Below are positions 47,557 through 57,503 of a stretch of 64,000 nucleotides of DNA, piece after piece. Under the pieces are notes generated by a model. It was not told the origin of the DNA and searched no databases. It was given only the letters and a program-made list of their open reading frames with translations. Within the stretch, counting starts at the first letter, position 1, and each line of letters begins with the position of its first letter. A program made the translations under genes and the position numbers. The stretch is from Nanobdellota archaeon. GTDB lineage: Archaea > Nanobdellota > Nanobdellia > Pacearchaeales > GW2011-AR1. The stretch is taken from the NCBI GenBank assembly GCA_024654505.1, contig JANLHN010000003.1, positions 4,314 through 68,313 of the forward strand, in the 5' to 3' direction.

Positions 47557-49323
47557 ATGAAAAGAAAAGAGTTAATTGAGACTTATTTAAAATTCTTTAA
47601 ATCGAAGAAGCATAAAGAGGTTGCTAATGTTAGTTTGGTCCCGGAGAACGATCCTTCTGTTCTCTTTACGACGGCAGGAATGCACCCTCTTGTTCCTTTT
47701 CTCCTAGGACAGAAACACCCTCAAGGGAAGAGGTTAGTAGGGGTTCAAAGGTGTATTAGGACTGGAGATATTGAAGAGGTAGGGGATACGTCACATCATA
47801 CTTTTTTTGAAATGCTTGGAAACTGGTCACTTGGAGATTATTTTAAGAAGGAAGCAATTGAGATGTCCTTTGAGTTTTTGACTAAGGTGTTGAAAATGCC
47901 CGTTGAGAGACTAGCATTCAGTGTTTTTGAAGGAGATGGGGAAGTAGATAAGGATACTGATTCTGCAGATATTTGGGCTTCTCTTGGAGTGAGTAACGAA
48001 AGAATTGTATATTTAGAGGAAAATTGGTGGGGTCCGGCGGGAAAGACAGGTCCTTGTGGTCCTGATACTGAAATGTTTTATTGGAAGCCAAACAAAGGAA
48101 AGTTACCTGGAAAATTTAATCCAAAAGATAGTAATTGGTTAGAAATTTGGAATGATGTTTTTATGGAATACAATAAAGACACTAAAGGGAATTATAATTT
48201 AGCGAAGCAGGAAAATGTTGATACTGGGATGGGTGTTGAAAGGACTCTTGCTGTTTTGAATGGACTTGAGGATAATTATTTAGGAGAGGTTTGGCAACCG
48301 ATTATTCAAAAGATTGAAATGATTTCAAAACATAAGTATGGGGAGGATGAAATAGTTACTAGGGCAATGAGGATTGTTGCAGACCATATCAAGGCAGCAG
48401 TTTTTATAATTAATGATGGTATTGTGCCAGGTAATTCGGAACAAGGGTATGTTTTGAGGAGATTGATTAGGAGAGCCGTTAGATATGGGAGGGTTTTAGG
48501 GATTGAAAGTTTTACAACGAGTATTGCAGATGTTGTTTATGAACTCTATGGAGATTATAAATTAGATGCGAGGAAAATTACATTGGAGCTGGCTAATGAG
48601 GAAGAAAGATTTTTGAAAACTTTAGCTCAAGGCCTCAGGATTTTTGATAAGGTTGCTGGTTCTAAAAAGATGTCTGGAACGGAGGCCTTTTTGCTTTACC
48701 AATCGTATGGTTTTCCAATTGAAATGACCTTGGAGTTAGCTAAAGAAAAGGGAATTAAGGTTGATGAAAAAGAATATTCTGATGCGTTAAATAAACATTC
48801 TGAGTTGTCTAGAACTGCTGCTGCTGGGAAGTTTAAATCTGGTTTAGCTGATGACAGCGAGGCGACAACAAGATTGCATACCGCGACACATCTTCTTTTG
48901 GCCGCGATGAATAAAGTATTACCAAAACTTGAAGGGATGAAGGAGATTCAACAAAGAGGAAGCAATATCAATGCAGAAAGAGCTCGGTTTGATTTTTCAT
49001 ACGACAGAAAACTTACTGATGATGAGGTTAAGGAGTTAGAGGATTTAGTTAATGGGTGGATTTGGGATGGCGCGGAGGTTAAAAGAGATGAGATGAGTTT
49101 AGATGAAGCAAAGAAGTTTGGTGCGGCTGGAATCTTTGAGGATAAATATAAAGTTGCCGAAAAGATAAGTGTGTATTCAATTGGAGATGGAAAAATAAGT
49201 AAAGAGATTTGTACGGGACCACATGTCAAGAGCCTAAAGGAACTTCAAGGATGCACCTTCAAAATAAAGAAGCAAGATTCTGTTGGTGCCGGTGCTCGAA
49301 GAGTTAAGGTTGTTTTAGAGTGA
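47557..49323 (+). CDS. alaS: alanyl-tRNA synthetase, short form (catalytic + tRNA-recognition + editing HxxxH/CxxxH; no C-Ala domain)
   Basis: NDPSVLFTTAGM, GPCGPDTEMFYW, HTATHLL, ICTGPHV. Confidence 0.8.
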   Translation: MKRKELIETYLKFFKSKKHKEVANVSLVPENDPSVLFTTAGMHPLVPFLLGQKHPQGKRLVGVQRCIRTGDIEEVGDTSHHTFFEMLGNWSLGDYFKKEAIEMSFEFLTKVLKMPVERLAFSVFEGDGEVDKDTDSADIWASLGVSNERIVYLEENWWGPAGKTGPCGPDTEMFYWKPNKGKLPGKFNPKDSNWLEIWNDVFMEYNKDTKGNYNLAKQENVDTGMGVERTLAVLNGLEDNYLGEVWQPIIQKIEMISKHKYGEDEIVTRAMRIVADHIKAAVFIINDGIVPGNSEQGYVLRRLIRRAVRYGRVLGIESFTTSIADVVYELYGDYKLDARKITLELANEEERFLKTLAQGLRIFDKVAGSKKMSGTEAFLLYQSYGFPIEMTLELAKEKGIKVDEKEYSDALNKHSELSRTAAAGKFKSGLADDSEATTRLHTATHLLLAAMNKVLPKLEGMKEIQQRGSNINAERARFDFSYDRKLTDDEVKELEDLVNGWIWDGAEVKRDEMSLDEAKKFGAAGIFEDKYKVAEKISVYSIGDGKISKEICTGPHVKSLKELQGCTFKIKKQDSVGAGARRVKVVLE

Positions 49324-49704
49324 TTACTTTTTCTTTATTGCTTTTTCTATAGAATCAAGTTTTTCTAATATATTTTCAATTTCCCTTTCGGCTTTAACAT
49401 TAACTCTGTAATCGTATCCTGATTTTAATCTGTCTTTCTGGGCTTGCCTGTTTTGACTCATAAGAATTATTGGCGCTTGTAATGCGGCTACGCAAGATAG
49501 AACAAGGTTGAGTAAAATAAAAGGGTATGGGTCCCAGGCATTTACCCACATGTAAACATTTGCCATTATCCACAAGATTAAAATTACAACAAATCCTAAA
49601 ATAAAAGTCCAACTTCCTGCATAACTTGCCAAACCATCAGCAGCTCTTTCACCAAAAGTTCTTTGACCTCTAATAATGTGATTAAACAATCCCTCTTTTT
49701 CCAT
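49324..49704 (-). CDS. DUF1003 family membrane protein
   Basis: Two TM plus PIILMSQNRQ. Confidence 0.5.
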   Translation of the reverse strand: MEKEGLFNHIIRGQRTFGERAADGLASYAGSWTFILGFVVILILWIMANVYMWVNAWDPYPFILLNLVLSCVAALQAPIILMSQNRQAQKDRLKSGYDYRVNVKAEREIENILEKLDSIEKAIKKK

Positions 49705-49734
49705 GTTTTATTGAAGGGTGTTTAGTTTAAAAGT

Positions 49735-50016
49735 TTAGCGTTGTTCATCTTTTTCTGAGACGAGCGTATCGTATAAAGCTCTACAAGTTAATTCTTCTCC
49801 ATCTCGCTCAATATGGGGATAAGTTTCACAAAATTTTCTCGCGAATCCATTTTCCACCCAATGAGTTATTGCTTCATCATCACTCATTTCTCGACCCCTT
49901 TCTTCTTCTAGTTTTTCTTTATGGACAGCAACACATTCTAATTGCCTAAAGAGATATCTTTTTTCTGGATTTGAAGGAGGTACATTTCTTCTTTCTAATT
50001 CTTCTTTTAATTTCAT
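49735..50016 (-). CDS. hypothetical protein
   Basis: ORF. Confidence 0.35.
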   Translation of the reverse strand: MKLKEELERRNVPPSNPEKRYLFRQLECVAVHKEKLEEERGREMSDDEAITHWVENGFARKFCETYPHIERDGEELTCRALYDTLVSEKDEQR

Positions 50017-50076
50017 AGGATAACCTTTGGGAGAGAATTTGTTCTACTTTATAATAACTTGGATGGTTTAAAAGGA

Positions 50077-52842
50077 TTATTCCAAAAAAATACTGGGCTT
50101 TCCAGGCTTTGCTTTACCGGCCTTTCCTTGAGGGTCATATTTGTTTTTGTCGTTGACAGCGAAGACATCTATGGGAAGGCCGACTTTCTTAGAGATTTTT
50201 TCTTTATTTATCTTTTTTATTTCAAAATGCATTGCGTAAAGATAAATCTTTTTTGGTTTAGTCGGAGTCTTTTCAAGAAAATAATTTATGTCTCTGATAA
50301 CTGTTTCATCCAAATTTGATTCAGATTTTTTATCTGTTACTTTTCCTGCCTTTGGCCATTCGCTCGTTGAAATGAGGTTTTTATTCCCTAGCCTGTTCCA
50401 AAGCTCTTCAGTTATGTGTGGGCAGATTGGGTTAAGAATTTGCAAAAATCTTTCTTTTGTTTCTTTTGATGCAGGATTTTTTTCAATTAAATCGAAAAGT
50501 TCTCTAATTTCAATCGTTGCTTTTCTATATTGGAAGTTTTCATAATAACTTTCTACATTTGAAATTGTTTTATTCAATTTATTTAGAACTTCTGGAGAAT
50601 CTTTTTCTTCCTTAGATTCCTCAAAATAATTTATAATTCTTTTAATTAATTTTGAACTTCCTTGTATTCCTTTAGTGCTCCAATTAAATCCTTTGTCGGG
50701 GGCTGCTACAGAAGTTATAAAGAACCTAAGAGTATCTGAGCCATATTCTTGGATTAATTTTAGGGGTTCTACGACATTCCCTTTAGATTTGCTCTGTTTT
50801 TGTCCTTTCTCGTCGTTAATCATCCCCTGATGGAACAATCTTTTTATAGGTTCTCTGAAGTTTAGTAATCCCATATCATTCAAGAATTTAGTATAAAACC
50901 TTGAATAAATTAAATGCATACATGAATGTTCTGCTCCACCAATGTAAGTATCTATTGGGCACCAATAATTTACCTTATTTTTATCAAAGATTTCTTTTTT
51001 GTTCTGGGTGTCACAATATCTAAAGAAATACCAGGATGAGTTGACAAAGGTGTCCATTGTATCTGTTTCTCTTTTTGCCTTCCCCTTGCATTTTGGACAA
51101 GATACATTTACCCAATCTTTTGCCGTTTCCAATGGGTTTCCTTCACCGAACTTAACTTTCTCTGGGAGGATTACTGGAAGGTCCTTTTCTGGAACTGGAA
51201 CAGTCCCACATTTTTCACAATGGATGATTGGAATAGGGGTTCCCCAATATCTTTGACGTGAGATTCCCCAATCTCTGAGTTTGAATTGGACGATTTTTTT
51301 ACCAAATTCCTTTGTTATTTGATTTATTGCTTCTTTGTTATCAAGGCCATTGAATTTTCCTGAGCTGATTAGGGTTCCTGTGTCTGTGTGAATTAGTAAT
51401 TCTTTGTAAAAGTCATTTTCTGCAAGCCATGAATAAACATTTTCAGGATTCTTTTTTGGTTTTTCATTATTAAAAGTCATTCCATAATTATCAATCAGGT
51501 CGTTTGTTTTTTCATTTAGTTCAAATTCTTCTAATTTTTTATTTTTGTGTTTAAATATAAAATAAAATCCTTTAGGGGTGCTAAACTCATTCCAAAATCC
51601 TGGCTGAAGGTTTTTTCTAATAAAACTTTTATATTCTTCAAGTTTACCAAAAGGAATCTTGATTTTGAAAAATCCTTCTTCTGTTTTTTCAATGATTTTT
51701 ATCCCTATCTTGGCTATGTCTTTTTCATTGATACCCATAACATAACTATAACTTTCATTATGCTCTTTTAGCACAACAGGTTTGATTTTAATTTTATACT
51801 TTTTTGCGAACTCGAAATCTCTTTGGTCGTGGGCGGGGACTGCCATTACCATTCCAGAACCATAATCAGCGATGACAAAATTTCCAACATAGATTGGAAC
51901 TTTTTCTTTGTTGGCTGGATTGATCGCATAACTTCCAGTGAATGCTCCTAGCTTATCCATTTCTGCTAAATCTTTTTCACTTACCGAACCTAGTTTATTC
52001 AAGAAGTTTTCAACTTCTTTCTTCTGTTCTTTTGTGACTAAGCTCATTAACCCTTCATGTTGTGCCGAGATGACCATAAAAGTTACACCGAAGATTGTGT
52101 CTGGCCTTGTTGTAAATATTGGCCATGGTTTTTTATTTATTTCAAAATCAATTTGGGTTCCATGACTTTTTCCAATCCAATTTCTTTGCATTGCTTTTGT
52201 TTTCTCTGGCCAGTCAAGTTTGTCTATGTTCTCATAAAGTTCATCTGCATAGTCGGTTATTTTGAAAAACCATTGTTTTAAGTGTTTGATTTTTACAGGT
52301 GTTTCACATCTATCACAAGTTCCCGATTGTGCCTGTTCATTTGCTAGAACGGTTTTACAACTTGGGCACCAATTAACAGCCCTTGTTTTTTGATATGCTA
52401 AACTCTTTTTGAACATCTCTAAAAATACCCATTGGTCCCATTTGTAATATTCGGGGTCTGCTGTAGAAATGACTCTTGACCAATCATAGCTTAGGCCCAA
52501 TGCTTTTTGTTGTTTCATAAAATTAGGGATAGATTTGTCAGTGTATTCTTTTGGATGGGTTCCAACTTTTATTGCTGCGTTTTCAGCTGGAAGACCTAAA
52601 GAGTCATACCCCACAGGGTACATTACATTCAAACCACTTAATCTTTTGAATCTGGCGAGGATGTCTACCAACGTAAAATTAAATGTGTGTCCCATATGGA
52701 TTCCTTCACCAGAAGGATAGGGAAACATTTCAAGAGTGTAATATTTCTTCTTCTTTGAGTCTTCTTTTACTTCAAATGTTTTCTCTTTAGACCACCTATC
52801 TTGCCATTTCTTTTCGATTTTAAAGAAGTTGATTTCCACCAT
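50077..52842 (-). CDS. leuS: leucyl-tRNA synthetase
   Basis: HMGH (HIGH), the CP1 editing domain and KMSKS-like SKSKGN. Confidence 0.85.
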   Translation of the reverse strand: MVEINFFKIEKKWQDRWSKEKTFEVKEDSKKKKYYTLEMFPYPSGEGIHMGHTFNFTLVDILARFKRLSGLNVMYPVGYDSLGLPAENAAIKVGTHPKEYTDKSIPNFMKQQKALGLSYDWSRVISTADPEYYKWDQWVFLEMFKKSLAYQKTRAVNWCPSCKTVLANEQAQSGTCDRCETPVKIKHLKQWFFKITDYADELYENIDKLDWPEKTKAMQRNWIGKSHGTQIDFEINKKPWPIFTTRPDTIFGVTFMVISAQHEGLMSLVTKEQKKEVENFLNKLGSVSEKDLAEMDKLGAFTGSYAINPANKEKVPIYVGNFVIADYGSGMVMAVPAHDQRDFEFAKKYKIKIKPVVLKEHNESYSYVMGINEKDIAKIGIKIIEKTEEGFFKIKIPFGKLEEYKSFIRKNLQPGFWNEFSTPKGFYFIFKHKNKKLEEFELNEKTNDLIDNYGMTFNNEKPKKNPENVYSWLAENDFYKELLIHTDTGTLISSGKFNGLDNKEAINQITKEFGKKIVQFKLRDWGISRQRYWGTPIPIIHCEKCGTVPVPEKDLPVILPEKVKFGEGNPLETAKDWVNVSCPKCKGKAKRETDTMDTFVNSSWYFFRYCDTQNKKEIFDKNKVNYWCPIDTYIGGAEHSCMHLIYSRFYTKFLNDMGLLNFREPIKRLFHQGMINDEKGQKQSKSKGNVVEPLKLIQEYGSDTLRFFITSVAAPDKGFNWSTKGIQGSSKLIKRIINYFEESKEEKDSPEVLNKLNKTISNVESYYENFQYRKATIEIRELFDLIEKNPASKETKERFLQILNPICPHITEELWNRLGNKNLISTSEWPKAGKVTDKKSESNLDETVIRDINYFLEKTPTKPKKIYLYAMHFEIKKINKEKISKKVGLPIDVFAVNDKNKYDPQGKAGKAKPGKPSIFLE

Positions 52843-53017
52843 GTTAATCCAAGGGTTATGGAGTTTTAAAAGATTGCTTTCTGCCCCAAATCTGGCTTCG
52901 CCCAGATTTTTTACACAGAGGGATTAAGTAAGATTCTAAGTTTTTTTATGGGTTGATTGAGGGGATTACATTTAAAAATTAACTATTCATTTTCTTGTAA
53001 AGACACTACGTGTAAAA

Positions 53018-53046
53018 GCTCTCGTAGTCTAGTGGCCAAGGATACC
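53018..53046 (+). pseudogene. partial duplicate of the tRNA-Glu 5' half (29 nt identical to 53159-53187; acceptor+D arm), diverging into TCACAATTTGCATTTG
   Basis: Direct comparison. No matching 3' half was found downstream of it. Confidence 0.6.
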
Positions 53047-53158
53047 TCTTCACAATTTGCATTTGACGAATACAGAAATTAGGTCAAAAGCGAATTGCTC
53101 ACCCTCTCAGTCTCGATGGCGTAATCTTTAAAAGCCACTGACTACTTTCTTTCATTAG

Positions 53159-53356
53159 GCTCTCGTAGTCTAGTGGCCAAGGATACCGCCCTCTCAATTT
53201 GAGGTTCCTCGAGATAGAAGTTGGTAAGTTAAACTTCAAGAGGTGGGGAGTTCCAGTCGATGAGACCATAACTCCAGTCTGACTTCAGACAACTACTTTA
53301 AGCGAGGAATCCTTCGGAGAACGGCGGCGACCCGGGTTCAAATCCCGGCGGGAGCA
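53159..53356 (+). tRNA. tRNA-Glu(CUC) with 125-nt intron (53198-53322) after position 38
   Basis: Acceptor GCTCTCG/CGGGAGC, D-arm TAGTCTAGTGGCCAAGGAT, anticodon loop CTCTCAA on stem CCGCC/GGCGG, T-arm CCGGGTTCAAATCCCGG. Confidence 0.7.
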
Positions 53357-53488
53357 TATACCCTCAATGATACCTTCAGGGAGTGCTATTTTACGTATAA
53401 AAGAGGGTAGAAATCATCTAATTATTGGGTAAATTTGCTGAAAGTACAATGCTCCGGCGGAGCATAGAGACATGATAAGCTAACCTTT

Positions 53489-54175
53489 TTATTCTAGATG
53501 TTTCTTACAACCGATCAACTTGATTTCGTATTTTTTTCCTTTTCTTTCTACTAGGCTAACATAGGTGTTTCCATATTTTCCACTATGCTCTCTTACTAAT
53601 TTTCCGCCCTCTTCTCTACTTCCAGTAGTAATTGCAAGAAGTGTTAAGACTGAGGACCCATGAGCAACTACTAAAACATTTTTGTTCTCACGTTCTATAT
53701 CTTTGAATGATTCTTCACATTTTTTAATGAATTCTTCAAGATTTTCATCATCTAACATATCCCTAAGCCTAGGATCAGTTTTTATTTTTACATTATGAAA
53801 TTTGTTTATTTCTTTAGCAGTTTGCACTGCCCTCTTTAGATCTGAAGAATAGATTACACTAATTTTCTCACTTTTTAATCTTTCAGCAACTTTTATTGCT
53901 TGTTCTTTACCTTTCTCTGATAAGGGGGTATCTGCCCAATCATCACCTTTTCCTTGAGAAATGTCTTTATGATTCGCAACGGATTCACCATGGCGTACAA
54001 GAATAATATTCATAAAGGAATTGGTTATCTTTAATATATAAATATATTGTAATTGTATTTTAGTTACGGCAAATTCTATTAAATGACTTTTATTACTTAA
54101 TGAGTCATCAATTAAAAGTTTTTCAAATCTAGCTAAAGATGACTTATCAATATTGATATTAATCTTCTTTTTCAT
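53489..54175 (-). CDS. histidine phosphatase family protein (PGM-like) with ~50-aa N-terminal RHH-like extension
   Basis: LVRHGES and SSDLKRAVQTA. The N-terminus NIDKSSLARFEKLLIDDS resembles CopG. Confidence 0.6.
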   Translation of the reverse strand: MKKKININIDKSSLARFEKLLIDDSLSNKSHLIEFAVTKIQLQYIYILKITNSFMNIILVRHGESVANHKDISQGKGDDWADTPLSEKGKEQAIKVAERLKSEKISVIYSSDLKRAVQTAKEINKFHNVKIKTDPRLRDMLDDENLEEFIKKCEESFKDIERENKNVLVVAHGSSVLTLLAITTGSREEGGKLVREHSGKYGNTYVSLVERKGKKYEIKLIGCKKHLE

Positions 54176-54651
54176 TTTAATCTTTTAATCCCCCATTTTT
54201 CATAAGCAGCAAATACCTTATCTATTTCTTCTTTCGAGGAAGAAAAAACCTCAATTTCTTTCAGCTTAGTCAACTCAACTCTTGGGATGTAGATGGCCTG
54301 GTTTTGCCCCCTTTGATACAATGTATCCTCTTGATCATTAGAATTAAGTTCTAAACCCAACACCACCCCAGAACTTCCACTCTGGATAGCATAACCCCTA
54401 GCACTTATTTTAGAAGGAGTTAGACTTATCCTCTTTACTCTATGTTCTACATCTCCATCTCTATAGCCGATTGAAGCAAAAGCTAAAACGGCTTCCTCTA
54501 AAGTTTTACAGGAATACCTCTTCATTAACTCATCCTTCATCTTTCTAATCTCTAAACTTCTTAATGATCGCTCATAAGGGCTAATTATCGCCCCATCTCT
54601 AGCTATAGCTAAAGCTGCCCCAATATCGGTTCCATGATAGTACCTAACCAT
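54172..54651 (-). CDS. hypothetical protein with N-terminal YYHGT motif (possible ADP-ribosyltransferase/Tpt1-like fold)
   Basis: The YHGT motif is as in KptA (LYHGT). The fold call is weak. Confidence 0.3.
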   Translation of the reverse strand: MVRYYHGTDIGAALAIARDGAIISPYERSLRSLEIRKMKDELMKRYSCKTLEEAVLAFASIGYRDGDVEHRVKRISLTPSKISARGYAIQSGSSGVVLGLELNSNDQEDTLYQRGQNQAIYIPRVELTKLKEIEVFSSSKEEIDKVFAAYEKWGIKRLK

Positions 54652-54850
54652 AAAAGTTACAAGGAGTCATACCTTTTAAATCTTAGCATTTGTTACTACT
54701 TTAAAGATACACTAATGGATTAACCTATCAAATTTTTAATCTGTCACCCTCCCGTGGTCGACAACTTTTATATATCGTGTCAGCAACGGTGAATCATGCT
54801 ATTACACCAAAACCTCACAAAACAAGGAACACTCCTCGAAAGCATCATTG

Positions 54851-54865
54851 GACGGTCCAACCCGG
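54851..54865 (+). repeat. 15-nt exact copy of the tRNA-Glu 3' end (CCCGGCGGGAGCATA); att-like scar
   Basis: Identical to 53345-53359. Degenerate versions lie at 53443-53457 and 54895-54907. Confidence 0.55.
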
Positions 54866-54978
54866 CGGGAGCATAGCGACCAGAGGGTGCAATCTTCGAT
54901 TGCCGAGGCGGGAGCATTAGATAAGATTTGACCAATTAGTGAGACTTTTGGTAAAGATTATTATAATAGGGTTTAGAA

Positions 54979-55431
54979 CTATCTTAGGGATTCTTGAACT
55001 CTAGATTTTAAGATATTATATCTAACCTGATTCATACCATAAGACAACATCTCATCTCTTGTTGAAGAGAAACCTCTTGGAGTATAGTTTCTAGTTACAA
55101 CCCTAGTTCCAGCAGGAAATTGGTCTTTTGTAAAATCTTTTTCTACACCCTCAACCCTATTGAGGTAATGAGAGATTTGACTTCCATCGGGAAGATTTGC
55201 ATCAGCAATAACAATTTCCCCACCAAGATAATCATTTACAACTAAGGAGGTGGCAGCACATTGTGCAAAGGCAGGATTATCACTAGACCAATTCCCGGGG
55301 TCAGAACTACTTTGTCTAGTCCAAGAAGTTCTTAATGCTGTTTCAAGTCTGGATTCATCGACAGCACCTGGAAAATCTTTGCTCCTTTTTATTGGTTTAT
55401 CTTGTGTTAAATTCATACTTCTATAAGTCAA
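54979..55431 (-). CDS. hypothetical protein
   Basis: ORF. Confidence 0.35.
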   Translation of the reverse strand: MTYRSMNLTQDKPIKRSKDFPGAVDESRLETALRTSWTRQSSSDPGNWSSDNPAFAQCAATSLVVNDYLGGEIVIADANLPDGSQISHYLNRVEGVEKDFTKDQFPAGTRVVTRNYTPRGFSSTRDEMLSYGMNQVRYNILKSRVQESLR

Positions 55432-55564
55432 AGGAGATATTTAAACCTTTCCATTTGTTACTACTTGATAGTTAATCATAAAGCACGAATAAAGTAATTG
55501 TTTAATTCCTTAATCGTTAGGCTCATTACACACTCCTAGCGTTTCCGAGGAGAGGGTGTGATTT

Positions 55565-57442
55565 TTATTCCCCCATCTCCATCATATCATCATTGATAAA
55601 ATAAGTGGGTTTCTTCCCTGGATATGTGATATAAAGCATCTTTTTTGCTCGAGATATGGCTACATAAAACAACCTTTTTTCTTCTTCAGTCTTATTGTAA
55701 TTGTCCATCTTTACCATTTCTATTGCTGGATGGTCTGTTGCCTTGCATGGAAAATTCTGTTCATTTGCCCCTATTAGGAATACCTTTTCTGCCTCAAGTC
55801 CCTTTATTGCATGAATTGTTGCAAGAGTTACATCACCTTCCTTGCCTTCTACAGGTCTTCTTACTTCATCTGTCTTCAAGACATGGGAGATATTTGCCAT
55901 TTTCATTATTTGGGATAGTTCTTGTAATTGTCTGTTTGTTCTGGCGAGGACAAATATTTCATTTCTCGGAACCTTTGACTCCAATATTTTTCTTATTACA
56001 AATTCTCTCTCTGCATTCTCATTCTCGAAATTTATGATTTTGATTTTTGATTCATCTTGACGGTGGTGCTCTAAATCTGGAAGACCCATTTCTTTAATTG
56101 CCTTATTCATAAATTCAACTATTCTCTTGCTACTCCTATAGTTCTTTGTTAGGTGTATAACTTCACTTTGACCATATTCTTTTTCAAAGTCTAAGATATA
56201 TCCTATATCTGAACCCCTCCAACCAAAAATGCTCTGTCTAGGGTCTCCAACAGCGAATATGTTTTTTGCTTTAAGTAAGTTTATCAATTCAACTTGCATT
56301 GCATTGACATCTTGGTATTCATCAATGAGTAAATGTTCAAATTCAGGAACTTCTTTCGGATTTTCTTTTAAGAATTTTATTGCATCGATTAGTTGGTCGG
56401 AATAATCTCTAAGTCCTTGTATCTCCATATGCTCTTTTAAGTATTTGTTAATTAGGTAAACTCTCTCGGCATTTTTCTTGTCTTTTGGTTCTACATCTTT
56501 GCTAAAATTATATTCTTTCTCTCCAGTTACTTTAAAATATTCCATCACAGAAAAACAATCATTCATAAAATTATTGAATAATTGATTTTGGGTTTTGAAT
56601 TTTCTTTGTTGTGGTCCAAAGTATTCTTTTATTACATCTTCCATTTCAATTCCAAGTCTCCCAAATGCCATGGTCATTCCTAAAATCTTATCCCCATATC
56701 CTTGGACGCCCATTCTTTTTCCATAAATTACTCCCTCATATTTTTTTAAGATTCTCTCACAGAATGAATTGAAGGTATTTACTTTTACGCCGAAGATTCC
56801 GCTATCTTTTAATCTTTTTTCCATTTCATTCTTGGCCTTACGAGTGAATGTAATGGCTAGAATTTTCTCTGGATTGATTTCTCTGTGTCTTATCAAAAAT
56901 TCTATTCTTTTTGTTAGGACTGTGGTCTTTCCAGAACCGGCTCCAGCAACACAAAGAATCTTTGATGCCATGGAGATAATTGCCTTTTTTTGATTTTCAT
57001 TATATCCATTGAGAAAGTCATCTAATTTTACAAATTCGTCTCTTTCTTTTTTTGTTATCTCGGCTTCACTGAATTCTATTTTGTTGTTTAAACTTTTGTT
57101 TTGGAGTGTGGGATTAAGAATTTCTTTCCCTCCTTTTGAAGTTATTTCTAAAACCTTTATGAATTTATTATAATCGCTTGTGACCCATTCAATCATCCTA
57201 TTCATTATTAAATTGTCTATTTTTTGTGAAATTGCTGTGCTTTCCCATTTAAGAGTTCCAAAAGTGTGTAGTCTGTCGAGCCGATTATTTATTATAGATT
57301 TATTCTTATAATCTCCCTTTAGAAAATCTATCAATAAATTCTTTCCTACCTGGAAGGGTAATTCCATTAAAGCTTTTAAAATCTTTAAGTATTCCAAATC
57401 TTTCGATTTTACCTCTTCCTGTTTTTGAATAACGTCCTCCAT
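55565..57442 (-). CDS. UvrD/PcrA-like superfamily 1 helicase with N-terminal winged-helix extension
   Basis: AGAGSGKTTVL Walker A, DEYQDVN motif II and the VISRAKK motif VI. Confidence 0.8.
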   Translation of the reverse strand: MEDVIQKQEEVKSKDLEYLKILKALMELPFQVGKNLLIDFLKGDYKNKSIINNRLDRLHTFGTLKWESTAISQKIDNLIMNRMIEWVTSDYNKFIKVLEITSKGGKEILNPTLQNKSLNNKIEFSEAEITKKERDEFVKLDDFLNGYNENQKKAIISMASKILCVAGAGSGKTTVLTKRIEFLIRHREINPEKILAITFTRKAKNEMEKRLKDSGIFGVKVNTFNSFCERILKKYEGVIYGKRMGVQGYGDKILGMTMAFGRLGIEMEDVIKEYFGPQQRKFKTQNQLFNNFMNDCFSVMEYFKVTGEKEYNFSKDVEPKDKKNAERVYLINKYLKEHMEIQGLRDYSDQLIDAIKFLKENPKEVPEFEHLLIDEYQDVNAMQVELINLLKAKNIFAVGDPRQSIFGWRGSDIGYILDFEKEYGQSEVIHLTKNYRSSKRIVEFMNKAIKEMGLPDLEHHRQDESKIKIINFENENAEREFVIRKILESKVPRNEIFVLARTNRQLQELSQIMKMANISHVLKTDEVRRPVEGKEGDVTLATIHAIKGLEAEKVFLIGANEQNFPCKATDHPAIEMVKMDNYNKTEEEKRLFYVAISRAKKMLYITYPGKKPTYFINDDMMEMGE

Positions 57443-57503
57443 TTTTAGAATTTTCCTGGCCTAGGTTAATATGGTTCTTTTTAGGTAATTTATACCTTTC
57501 GGA

